From the NCBI GenBank assembly GCA_030670085.1, contig DAOVCJ010000004.1:1-47811 (forward strand): a DNA stretch of 47,811 nt, in the 5' to 3' direction. The number at the start of each line of letters is the position of its first letter. Position 1 is the stretch's first letter. The translations under genes were made by a program, and so were the position numbers. A model generated the notes under the pieces. It was not told the DNA's origin and searched no databases. It worked only from the letters and a program-made list of their open reading frames with translations. Below, one piece after another: positions 19,722 to 28,373 of the stretch. This DNA comes from Candidatus Aenigmatarchaeota archaeon. Lineage in GTDB: Archaea; Aenigmatarchaeota; Aenigmatarchaeia; QMZP01.

Positions 19722-20423
19722 ATGAATGGAGACAGCAGGTTCATGTATACGCTTGGAATGCACAGAAACAAGGTATTCTGGTTAGTGTTCATAATACTCG
19801 GAGCCGTACTGGTATCGGGAATCATGACAAGCGTCTTTTACATAGATGTATTGATGGGTCTCTTTCTGGTTATAATAGGCATTTACAAGCTCGGGGAGGA
19901 ATTCATCACAGACAACATAAAGAGGGAGCAGGAAAGGGTTTCAGAGGACATAGACAACGTGATGGAGTGGCTGAGCCACAGTTATGAGTTTACGAAGAGG
20001 ATGAAGGACACCCATGAGAACAGGCTTCACCACCTGGATAACAAGAGAGCTGACATGGACAGAAGGATAGAAAAGAACTACAGGGAGATTGTCAGAAAGA
20101 TAATAGAGGTGGAAAACAGACTGAACAAAACCTCAAAGGAATTAATAAGGGAAAAGAACCTTATAGACAGAATTGACAAACTTGCAAGACTTCTCCTCAG
20201 GGAGAGAAGGATGGTAGAGGGTAAGATATTTGATGTTTCCGATAGGCAGCTTAAAGCCATGAAAATGGTTAGAAAGAACGGAGAAATTACAGCAGGAGAT
20301 TACATGAAGAGATTCAGGGTGAGGGAGAAAACTGCCCTGAGAGAGATGAATGAACTTATCAAGAAGGGATTCCTTAAGAGAACCGGAAGGGGAAGAGCAA
20401 TTCACTACGTTCTTAGCTTTTAG
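19722..20423 (+). CDS. Membrane-anchored coiled-coil protein with C-terminal winged helix-turn-helix
   Basis: Two N-terminal TM helices, a long heptad region, and SDRQLKAM...GEIT..DY...VREKTALREMNELIKKGFLKRTGRGRAIHYVL wHTH. Confidence 0.7.
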   Translation: MNGDSRFMYTLGMHRNKVFWLVFIILGAVLVSGIMTSVFYIDVLMGLFLVIIGIYKLGEEFITDNIKREQERVSEDIDNVMEWLSHSYEFTKRMKDTHENRLHHLDNKRADMDRRIEKNYREIVRKIIEVENRLNKTSKELIREKNLIDRIDKLARLLLRERRMVEGKIFDVSDRQLKAMKMVRKNGEITAGDYMKRFRVREKTALREMNELIKKGFLKRTGRGRAIHYVLSF

Positions 20424-20440
20424 ATAAACATTTAAATACT
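20424..20440 (+). promoter_or_regulatory. BRE/TATA promoter of the rpl1-rpl10-rpl12 operon
   Basis: ATAAACA-TTTAAATA-CT. The identical 17-mer occurs at 32949-32965. Confidence 0.6.
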
Positions 20441-20520
20441 TTTAAAGAAACAATATAATCTAAATCATATTCAATCCGCAAAAACTTCGTTTGAAGTCAC
20501 TGCTTAGGCAGGAGGATAAA

Positions 20521-21159
20521 ATGAAAAAGATTCTTGATAAGGTAAAGGAAGCGAAGGAAAATTCAAGGCCCAGGAAATTCGTCCAAACATGGGATTTTTC
20601 TATAAACCTTAAAGGTCTTAATCTTAAGAAGCCTGAGAACAGGTTTAATTTTGAGTTCATGCTCCCAGAGGGCAGAGGAAAAGACCAGAAGGTCGCCTTC
20701 ATTGTGGATGCCCTGGAAACCGAGGCAAAGAAGCATGCTGACCTCGTTATCAAGAAATCAGAGATAGGGGGCCTGGTGAAGAACAAGAAGAAGCTCAAAA
20801 AAATCGCCAATGAGTACGACTGGTTTTTCGGAGAAGCTCCTCTTATGCCGCTCATAGGGAAGAGCTTTGGTGTTATACTCGGGCCAAGGGGAAAGGTCCC
20901 AAAACCCATTCCCTCGAAGGTAAATGTAGAGCCATTCGTTCAGAGGGCAAAGAGGTCTGTCAGGATATTCGTCAAGGATAGCCCTGTTGTTCATGTTCCT
21001 GTGGGAACGGATAAGATGGATGACGAGAAGATCTCAAAAAACATCGAGGCTGTTTACAACGCGGTCAGGGAAAAGCTTCCCAAGGGGAGGGCTAACATAA
21101 AATCCATGCTTATTAAACTGACCATGGGAAAGCCAGTCAAAATCGAGGTAGGAGGATGA
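20521..21159 (+). CDS. rpl1: 50S ribosomal protein L1
   Basis: RKFVQTWDFSINLK, LGPRGKVPKP and KLTMGKP. GGAGG SD precedes the ATG at 20521. Confidence 0.95.
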   Translation: MKKILDKVKEAKENSRPRKFVQTWDFSINLKGLNLKKPENRFNFEFMLPEGRGKDQKVAFIVDALETEAKKHADLVIKKSEIGGLVKNKKKLKKIANEYDWFFGEAPLMPLIGKSFGVILGPRGKVPKPIPSKVNVEPFVQRAKRSVRIFVKDSPVVHVPVGTDKMDDEKISKNIEAVYNAVREKLPKGRANIKSMLIKLTMGKPVKIEVGG

Positions 21160-21234
21160 TAATTGATAGACGAAATAATAGGGGTGAATAAATTCGTCTT
21201 TGAATCAAGAACCAATATAACCGAGGGGATTGTC

Positions 21235-22302
21235 GTGGTTTCGGAAAAAAAGAAGCAAAAGCTGAAGGAAGTTAGGGAAGACCTCAAGAAATATCCAGTC
21301 ATTGGAATAATCGATATGTTCAAGCTGCCTGGAAGGCAACTGCACGAGATCAGAAACAAGCTTAGAGACGAAGCTGTAATAAAGATGGTCAAGAAGAGGA
21401 TAATAAAGCTTGCTCTGAAGGATTGTGGTTTGAAGGGTATAGAGGAAATGGACAAATACGTCGAGGGCGAACCTGCCCTTTTGCTCAGCAACACAAATCC
21501 CTTCAAGCTGGCAAAAACCATAGACCAGTCCAAGTCCAAGGCATTTGCAAAGGCCGGTGATGTCGCTCCTGTGGATATAATCGTTAGGGCAGGACCAACC
21601 TCGCTTTCACCAGGGCCGGTTATAGGAGAGCTCCAGAGGGCAAAGATCCCTGCAGCAGTCGAAGGAGAAAAGATAACCGTAAGGGAGGACACGGTAGTTG
21701 CGAAGGAAGGCGAAGTGATAGACAAGATCCTTGCTGGCGTGCTGGCAAAGCTTGGTGTAGAGCCCATGGAGATCGGACTCAACCTGCTCGCTACCTGGGA
21801 GAATGGTTATGTTTACACAAAGGATATACTCTTCATACCAACTGAGAAATACATTGAGGACCTGCAAACGGCAAGTGCGCAGGCATTCAACCTTGCCTAC
21901 AACGTGAATTACTACACAAAGGATAATGTTTCTCTATTCCTTTCAAGGGCCCATCAAGAGGCTTTCAGTCTCGCGTTGAAGGCTGACATACTGACAGAAG
22001 ACACGGTCAAGCCTTTGCTCGCAAAGGCAAGGGCCCAGGCAGAAACCCTAAAGGGCATGGTAAAGGAAGAAGTGAAGGAGCCACCGAAAGAGGAAGCAAA
22101 GCCTGAAAAACCAAAGGAAGAACCGAAAGAAGAGAAGAAGGAAAAAGAAAGAAAGGAAACAAAAACAAAGGAAAAGAAACCAAAGAAAGAGCCAAAGCCT
22201 GAGAAAAAATCAAAGGAAAAAGAAAAGGCTAAAAAAGAAGAAAAACCAAAAGAAGTGAAAACCAAAAAGAAAGAGAAGAAGCATAATAAAAAGAAAAAAT
22301 AA
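21235..22302 (+). CDS. rpl10: 50S ribosomal protein L10 (P0) with Lys/Glu-rich tail
   Basis: QLHEIRNKLR, NPFKL, AKAGDVAP.DI.V.AGPT...PGP. GTG at 21235 after a GAGGGG SD is preferred to TTG at 21163. Confidence 0.93.
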   Translation: MVSEKKKQKLKEVREDLKKYPVIGIIDMFKLPGRQLHEIRNKLRDEAVIKMVKKRIIKLALKDCGLKGIEEMDKYVEGEPALLLSNTNPFKLAKTIDQSKSKAFAKAGDVAPVDIIVRAGPTSLSPGPVIGELQRAKIPAAVEGEKITVREDTVVAKEGEVIDKILAGVLAKLGVEPMEIGLNLLATWENGYVYTKDILFIPTEKYIEDLQTASAQAFNLAYNVNYYTKDNVSLFLSRAHQEAFSLALKADILTEDTVKPLLAKARAQAETLKGMVKEEVKEPPKEEAKPEKPKEEPKEEKKEKERKETKTKEKKPKKEPKPEKKSKEKEKAKKEEKPKEVKTKKKEKKHNKKKK

Positions 22303-22315
22303 TGGAGGTGTTTGA

Positions 22316-22624
22316 ATGGAAAGTGTATATGCAGCACTCCTCTTGCACTCGGCTGGAAAGAAGATAGATGAGGCAGGAATAAAGAAAGTCTTGGAGGCTG
22401 CCGGAGCAAAGGCCGAAGCCGCGAAAGTGAAAGCTCTGGTCTCGAGCCTTGAAGGCGTGAACATAGAAGATGCGATAAAGCAGACTGTTGCAGCAGCTGC
22501 AGCTCCACCAGCGCAGGCTCCAGCAGAGAAGCCAGAGGAGAAGAAAGAGGAGAAAAAGAAGGAAGAAAAACCAGAGAAAAAAGCAGAAGAAGCAGCAGAG
22601 GGATTGTCAAGCCTGTTCGGGTAA
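22316..22624 (+). CDS. rpl12: 50S ribosomal protein L12 (P1)
   Basis: [21 protein letters not shown] and C-terminal GLSSLFG. Confidence 0.96.
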   Translation: MESVYAALLLHSAGKKIDEAGIKKVLEAAGAKAEAAKVKALVSSLEGVNIEDAIKQTVAAAAAPPAQAPAEKPEEKKEEKKKEEKPEKKAEEAAEGLSSLFG

Positions 22625-22683
22625 ATTGTAGAAATATAGAGACTTGGTCCCTCTCAGAATTTTCTAGTTATTAGAATAGATTA

Positions 22684-25600
22684 TCATCTTTCTGCAGGAC
22701 AGTAAATACCTTTTATGCATCTACCTTTATCCTTCTCTCCAAATGCTCCACACTTGTCCTTAACTCTTTTACCAGTGCATTGGGTATCAGTCTGTGTAGG
22801 AGAGCCATCCTCAGGATAACAGCATCTACAGCCACTACCTTCTTTTTTCAAATCCCCACATTTAGGTTCTTTCTCCCCATCACCGTTGCCAAATCCACCC
22901 AAACCATTATCACCACCATTGCCTGCAAACATAAAGTAGTATGGAATAAAGTTAATCATGTTCTTAAAACCACTACTAGTTGGGAGAACAGCAGCATTAC
23001 CTAGTCCTGCTCCAGACCTCGAAGCCCCTGCACCCGCTGCAATCTCTGCAGTTACCTTAGGTACCTCAGCCGCAGCCTCCACTGCCTTTTCTGCCTTATT
23101 AAATGCGCCCAACATTCCTGCTATACACACTGCTAGAGCTACATAACCCAGGACTTTCCAGACACCATGTTTCATTGTCAACTCCGTCTGTGATAGTGAT
23201 CCCGGGGTTCTAGCAGAATTCAACGCCTCTATTTGTGCCTTTATCATGTCCATTTCATTCAGGGTTGGTATCAATACTTTAAGGATGAGGTATGATGCAA
23301 GACAACCATAATATGTCCAACAGTCTGCACAACTAAGCCATGGACAACATGGGGACCCCCCACATAATGGTAGGCACGTACAAAATAAACAAAAAGCAGC
23401 GAGTATTATAAGAACCGCATATACCATATTCCTAGTTCTTTTCAAAGCATTCATATCAGCATCTAGGTTTGCCAACTCAGCTTCCTTCGCCAGAAGCGCG
23501 TCTGATTTTATTTTTAGTATTTCGAATTTGTCCCCATCCGTAACGGTTGTGTGAAGCAGGCCAGTGGATTCGATTGACAAAGAGAATTTAACATTTTCAT
23601 CAATCGTGCCTGGTGATATCGTTGTATCAGATTCTATGTTCTCTGGTATGATGGAGCATTCATATTTATTCCATGGAGGATTATCGGTTGCTATAATGCA
23701 GCTCCACATCTCATATTTTTCTCCATCAATCTCGTAAGAAGCAGAAGTAAGGGAGTAGTTTGCTTCTGGCTCTACATGCAACTCAACATCCAATTGTTTA
23801 TAAAAGACACAGTCCTCCTCTTCCCATCCAATCTCGCATTCTATGGGCCGTGGGTCAAATTTATCTATAACAAGACTGATTTCACCCACCGATCTACATC
23901 TTCCATAACCACCATTGGCATCTATATCACAATACTTACCAGCAGGACATGGGCAATCACAGCAGCAGGTTGCAGAGCTCTCTCCCAGATGACTCTCACA
24001 CGCCAGCGTCCTGTTGTAGGGCATGCAGCGTTCAGTCTCAATTCCCAGGTACCCGTCACCGGTTCCGCAGCGCGGCTTCACATTTATGACTATATTGGAG
24101 AAGCTTGCACTCAGCTCCTTGCTCATCAGACCAGAGCCGTTGTTGAAGCTTACGGAGTAATTTATGGTATTGGGACCAATGACTATCTGTTTTGTGCTCG
24201 GATTGTAGAATGGGGATGTCTTGTAGTCTATCACAGGGATGGATAAATTACATTGGAGTATATGGGAACTAGGATCAGCCCCGAAGCGTTCACAATCCAT
24301 GTTGCAGTAAATGCTACTACCATCACCAAACATACATGAAGTTGAGCCAGTAAGGCTGCTTGGTGCATTCTCCACATGCGCCATAAGAATGGTATAGTGG
24401 GACCTATCAGAGTAGTCAAATACACTCACCTCCACACCGTCCACTACCAGTATTATCCCTTCTTCTGATCTGCACGAATCCCCTGCAGTTGGTGCACCTG
24501 CATTTGCAGTGTCGCAATAATAACCTCCCGGACATCCACAGTCATAACAGCATGTTAATTGGTTTTCATCAGGTGTGCATATATCATCTCCACACCAACT
24601 GGACCCAACAGAAATCGTGCTGAAAACACTGCTAAAGTTTTTGCTTATGTCTCCAAGCGAGCCGTTCTTGTAGGTTACGGACATGTTCAGGGTTGGTATC
24701 ATGGAGTAGTCTATTGTTTTGTTGTAATCACTTATTATGAAGGTCAAAAGGCAGCTTGCATTGAAAACATTCGGGTCAGAGGATGAGATTTCTGAGCAGG
24801 AGACATCACAGGAAGCAGAGCAGTCATAGTAGCAATCCATTTCACAGGAACTCTCAACGATATTCAAGCTTAGGGGAGCGTTACTTATCTGCAACAACAA
24901 ATCTACCCTGTCCCCAGATATGTTGTTATGCGTATAGAAATGGGTCGGGTCTGCTGTTATCTGGAGATCCCAAAGGCCTATGTCCTGCTTACAGATTCCT
25001 GTGTTCGGGTCTGCACCATCCGCTATGTCACAGTAACCTCCCGGACATCCACAGTCATAGCAGCAGTTATCAGAATTCTCCCCCAGTTCTGATTCACACC
25101 CGTTCTCACCACACCCAAAGGAAGCCACTATTATGTCAGGGAACTGAACAACCAGATCCTTGGTTTTCGGGTCAGAACCGTTGGTGTAGCTTATTGTGAA
25201 ATTAAGATAGTTCGGACTAATTCTGTACTCTCCCTCCTGGCAGTCAGGCATCGGAGGAACAGTTACAGGGCAGCGGTAAATATCAGAAAATATCTCATTA
25301 CACTGTGTTGAATAGGTCGTATCGTTCAGCTTGTATTCACTCCTAGTCAGGTCCATATCTGATGGAGCATAATTCACTTCTGCTGTTACATTTATTACAT
25401 GCTCTTCATTGCAGTTTGTTATCGTTGTGTTTGGTGTTTCATACAGACTCAGGGATATCAGACTTTCCAGTTTGCATATACCCTCTATCCCACCATCACA
25501 GTAATAGCCTTCAGAACACGGACAATCATAACAACAATTAGAAGAGGATTCTCCCTTGTCTGTTTCACATATATCATTGCCACATAAGAAACTCGGGTTC

Positions 25601-26442
25601 AGCCTCAGTGTTATGGAATTGACTATACCTTGACTCGTGTTGGGGAGAACAAAGGAGTAGTCCCTTGTGATATCATCCATTTCATTTGTTGCGTGATACT
25701 CTGTGTAGAAATTCGGGGACGACTGCTGTAGCTCTGAAGAGGATACACTGAGCTCATAAAGGGCATCTGCTCCCTGGAAAATCGCGCCAGAAACCCAGAC
25801 AGGATTGAAGGGTATTGTCAGGTACGTCTGAATGAAGTCTCTCACATGTGTTGCAAAACCATATTCTGCATCCAGGTCTATCTCATCAAGGCTGTACTCA
25901 AAGAGATATGGTGCAGCAAAGTTATAGGTTCTCCTTTCTATCTTGTTCCAGATACCAACCCATACGGTTTTCCCGTTATCATTTACTTTGAAAAGGAAGA
26001 AAAGGTTTGCAACCTCAAGGCAGGAGCTCGGAGAGGATGAGCAAGATGTCATAACATGGGAGATATCATTCCATAAGAGTTCCAGATCCAGATCATTGTT
26101 GATAATAGTGTGCATATCAGGTGTTTCTGTTTCCACACAATCAGTGGGAGAGAGACCCTTGCATTTGTATACGTGGACACTCTCCAGATCGCTCGTGCCA
26201 CCATTGCTGATATTTATAATAATCTTTGCGTTGGTCCAAGAGGGACCGCCTATGTTCTTGATTGATATGCTCTTATCAATGAGATTCTCAGGCTCTATGG
26301 TAACACCGTATTGTTTAATCTTGTTTCCACCACCAACATCGTAATAGATGTTGACCTGAACAGCTCCAATAATGGGAAGATCAAGTATTAATACCCCTGC
26401 CAATATCGCAAACACGCCTATCAATACGTTTTTGTAGTTCAT
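22684..26442 (-). CDS. Large Cys-rich secreted/membrane protein with four CG..C..E....CC.DC.C..G.YCD repeats and C-terminal TM segments
   Basis: Signal peptide; repeats starting near 25584, 25113, 24594 and 24069, each followed by a beta-rich domain; a coiled coil and hydrophobic segments near the C-terminus. Confidence 0.85.
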   Translation of the reverse strand: MNYKNVLIGVFAILAGVLILDLPIIGAVQVNIYYDVGGGNKIKQYGVTIEPENLIDKSISIKNIGGPSWTNAKIIINISNGGTSDLESVHVYKCKGLSPTDCVETETPDMHTIINNDLDLELLWNDISHVMTSCSSSPSSCLEVANLFFLFKVNDNGKTVWVGIWNKIERRTYNFAAPYLFEYSLDEIDLDAEYGFATHVRDFIQTYLTIPFNPVWVSGAIFQGADALYELSVSSSELQQSSPNFYTEYHATNEMDDITRDYSFVLPNTSQGIVNSITLRLNPSFLCGNDICETDKGESSSNCCYDCPCSEGYYCDGGIEGICKLESLISLSLYETPNTTITNCNEEHVINVTAEVNYAPSDMDLTRSEYKLNDTTYSTQCNEIFSDIYRCPVTVPPMPDCQEGEYRISPNYLNFTISYTNGSDPKTKDLVVQFPDIIVASFGCGENGCESELGENSDNCCYDCGCPGGYCDIADGADPNTGICKQDIGLWDLQITADPTHFYTHNNISGDRVDLLLQISNAPLSLNIVESSCEMDCYYDCSASCDVSCSEISSSDPNVFNASCLLTFIISDYNKTIDYSMIPTLNMSVTYKNGSLGDISKNFSSVFSTISVGSSWCGDDICTPDENQLTCCYDCGCPGGYYCDTANAGAPTAGDSCRSEEGIILVVDGVEVSVFDYSDRSHYTILMAHVENAPSSLTGSTSCMFGDGSSIYCNMDCERFGADPSSHILQCNLSIPVIDYKTSPFYNPSTKQIVIGPNTINYSVSFNNGSGLMSKELSASFSNIVINVKPRCGTGDGYLGIETERCMPYNRTLACESHLGESSATCCCDCPCPAGKYCDIDANGGYGRCRSVGEISLVIDKFDPRPIECEIGWEEEDCVFYKQLDVELHVEPEANYSLTSASYEIDGEKYEMWSCIIATDNPPWNKYECSIIPENIESDTTISPGTIDENVKFSLSIESTGLLHTTVTDGDKFEILKIKSDALLAKEAELANLDADMNALKRTRNMVYAVLIILAAFCLFCTCLPLCGGSPCCPWLSCADCWTYYGCLASYLILKVLIPTLNEMDMIKAQIEALNSARTPGSLSQTELTMKHGVWKVLGYVALAVCIAGMLGAFNKAEKAVEAAAEVPKVTAEIAAGAGASRSGAGLGNAAVLPTSSGFKNMINFIPYYFMFAGNGGDNGLGGFGNGDGEKEPKCGDLKKEGSGCRCCYPEDGSPTQTDTQCTGKRVKDKCGAFGEKDKGRCIKGIYCPAER

Positions 26443-28304
26443 ACTTGCCTCAAGAGTTCTATACTAGGACAATGTGTCTCTACCTTATTCTTAATGCAGT
26501 CTTTTTGCCACTGTTCTGGCGCACCCAGATTACTACCGAATTTCGGTATGCTTATATGCAATTCCTTGGTGTTTTCAGGCAGATTGAAATTATCCACCTC
26601 AAAATATCCCACAAGTCTATAATCTGCAGGATCTCTGAGCTCTGCAACCACATCATATTCACCTGCAGGTATGTTATCCACATCAACCCTGTGCAGCGTA
26701 CACCCTGAACACTCTGCTGGATTATCCTCTGCATAACTTAGATTTAAGCACGCCCCTGAGAAATTTTCAGGATCGCTGTTCATTATAGGATACGGCTCCC
26801 CTGTTTGAGTTGAGGTGAATATTACAATTACACACTTATCAGTAACAGGATTTGAACTGCAATCAGTCCACTGATAATCGAAAGGATCGGGACAGTCTGG
26901 AACGCATTGGTGACATGATACAGGATCATCGTATTCATGACCATGATCCACTATATCTACTTCATTCAAGTAAGCAGTGAACTCAGGCTTCTTACAAAGC
27001 ACATAAGTTCCATCTATGTTCGTGGAAGAAATGCTCTTAGAGTAATAACCATATTCGTCACTATAATAGATGTCCAGCTGATATGTACCACACAATATCT
27101 CCCCATTAATGTAACCATTTGAACCCGATTCGCCTACAAAACAGTCACCAAAGTACGCAACTGCCCCTTCCAAAGGGTTCCCGCTGCAGTCAACAACCCT
27201 TATGCTTGCGGAGCAGGGAAGTTCTGTACAGGCTTCCTCCCCAGGGATTGTGGTTATGACATCACAGTCACCAGGTTCCATCCCATCTACATTAACATAG
27301 ATAGCGAAGTTGAAATCGTAACCAGTCTCGGAATCCTTGGTTTTTATAACAAGGGGATAGGCAACAGAGTACTCTATGTTGTATGCTGTATGACAACGGG
27401 GAATAGGAATCGGGGTATAAGCCAACCACTTGTTATTTTTTATGCTTACACTTCCCGATGATTTTACATCAAAGCCCTGGGGTAGGAATAGTCCAGGACT
27501 CAAATCCAGATACTGCTTTCCGTTCACACGCTCCACTGCATAAGTTCTGGAGTCAGGCATTTGCTGCCACCAGAGAAAGTGTGTCATAGTGTAAGTGATT
27601 ATGTCATACAAACCATGTGAAATATCCTGGGGGGTGAGACGAATATATTCCCCACACTTTGTCAGAAAACCAAATGTAGGCAAGTATTTGGAGTGGTAAA
27701 GAGACGCAACAGTAAAGGTTTCGAAGAATCTACCACCCTGTGAGGGAGCTTTGTTTATCTCTGCTACAGTATCCTTTGCAAACTCAAACAATTCCTTGAA
27801 CTTGGTAGGAACGGATATTCTATAGGGCTGGCTTATAGGATAACCCCGGAACTTGGTTGGCATGTAAACAGAAACATCTATCTTGTTGTTCAGTATGTTC
27901 ACGTCAACCCTGGAAACATTGCTCAGTGAAAGGTTCTTTCCAAAGAAATCCTTGATGTCTTGTGCGTGGATGTTAACATAATATCCTATACTAATCTCAA
28001 ATCTCTCCTTAACTTCATCAAGATTAGGAGAGATATCGTTCTGGCATATCTGCCAGTAGGGAACCCCCATGTTCATAAACGCAACGCTCTCATTCGGTGG
28101 TATTAAATAACCACCCTGCAATTCGATTGCCCTTAGGGAGAGTTCTGTACCGCTTGTTATTATACCCTCAATCATCTCCTGAACCATCTTCTGTTCTTCC
28201 CCGACAACAGGGGGCGAAACAAAACCCTGGGATGCATAGTAAATAACAATTGCGATGACAAGAAGAATGCCGATTATGAGTATGAAGCTTGCCTGGGCTC
28301 TCAT
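26439..28304 (-). CDS. Secreted protein with pilin-like (class III) N-terminus and carboxypeptidase-regulatory-like Ig domain
   Basis: MRAQ-ASFILIIGILLVIAIVIYY; IRVVDCSGNPLEGAVA...GESGSNGY. Stop overlaps the next start (ATGA). Confidence 0.75.
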   Translation of the reverse strand: MRAQASFILIIGILLVIAIVIYYASQGFVSPPVVGEEQKMVQEMIEGIITSGTELSLRAIELQGGYLIPPNESVAFMNMGVPYWQICQNDISPNLDEVKERFEISIGYYVNIHAQDIKDFFGKNLSLSNVSRVDVNILNNKIDVSVYMPTKFRGYPISQPYRISVPTKFKELFEFAKDTVAEINKAPSQGGRFFETFTVASLYHSKYLPTFGFLTKCGEYIRLTPQDISHGLYDIITYTMTHFLWWQQMPDSRTYAVERVNGKQYLDLSPGLFLPQGFDVKSSGSVSIKNNKWLAYTPIPIPRCHTAYNIEYSVAYPLVIKTKDSETGYDFNFAIYVNVDGMEPGDCDVITTIPGEEACTELPCSASIRVVDCSGNPLEGAVAYFGDCFVGESGSNGYINGEILCGTYQLDIYYSDEYGYYSKSISSTNIDGTYVLCKKPEFTAYLNEVDIVDHGHEYDDPVSCHQCVPDCPDPFDYQWTDCSSNPVTDKCVIVIFTSTQTGEPYPIMNSDPENFSGACLNLSYAEDNPAECSGCTLHRVDVDNIPAGEYDVVAELRDPADYRLVGYFEVDNFNLPENTKELHISIPKFGSNLGAPEQWQKDCIKNKVETHCPSIELLRQV

Positions 28305-28373
28305 ATCACTCATATTATAATATTGTTTATACAATTATATTAATAGCTGGTAATTATAATTCCAAGTGGTTTT

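Noticed and set aside
21954-22610. Phe/Ser-rich 218-aa minus-strand ORF
   Set aside because: It is the antisense of the Lys/Glu-rich rpl10 and rpl12 tails.
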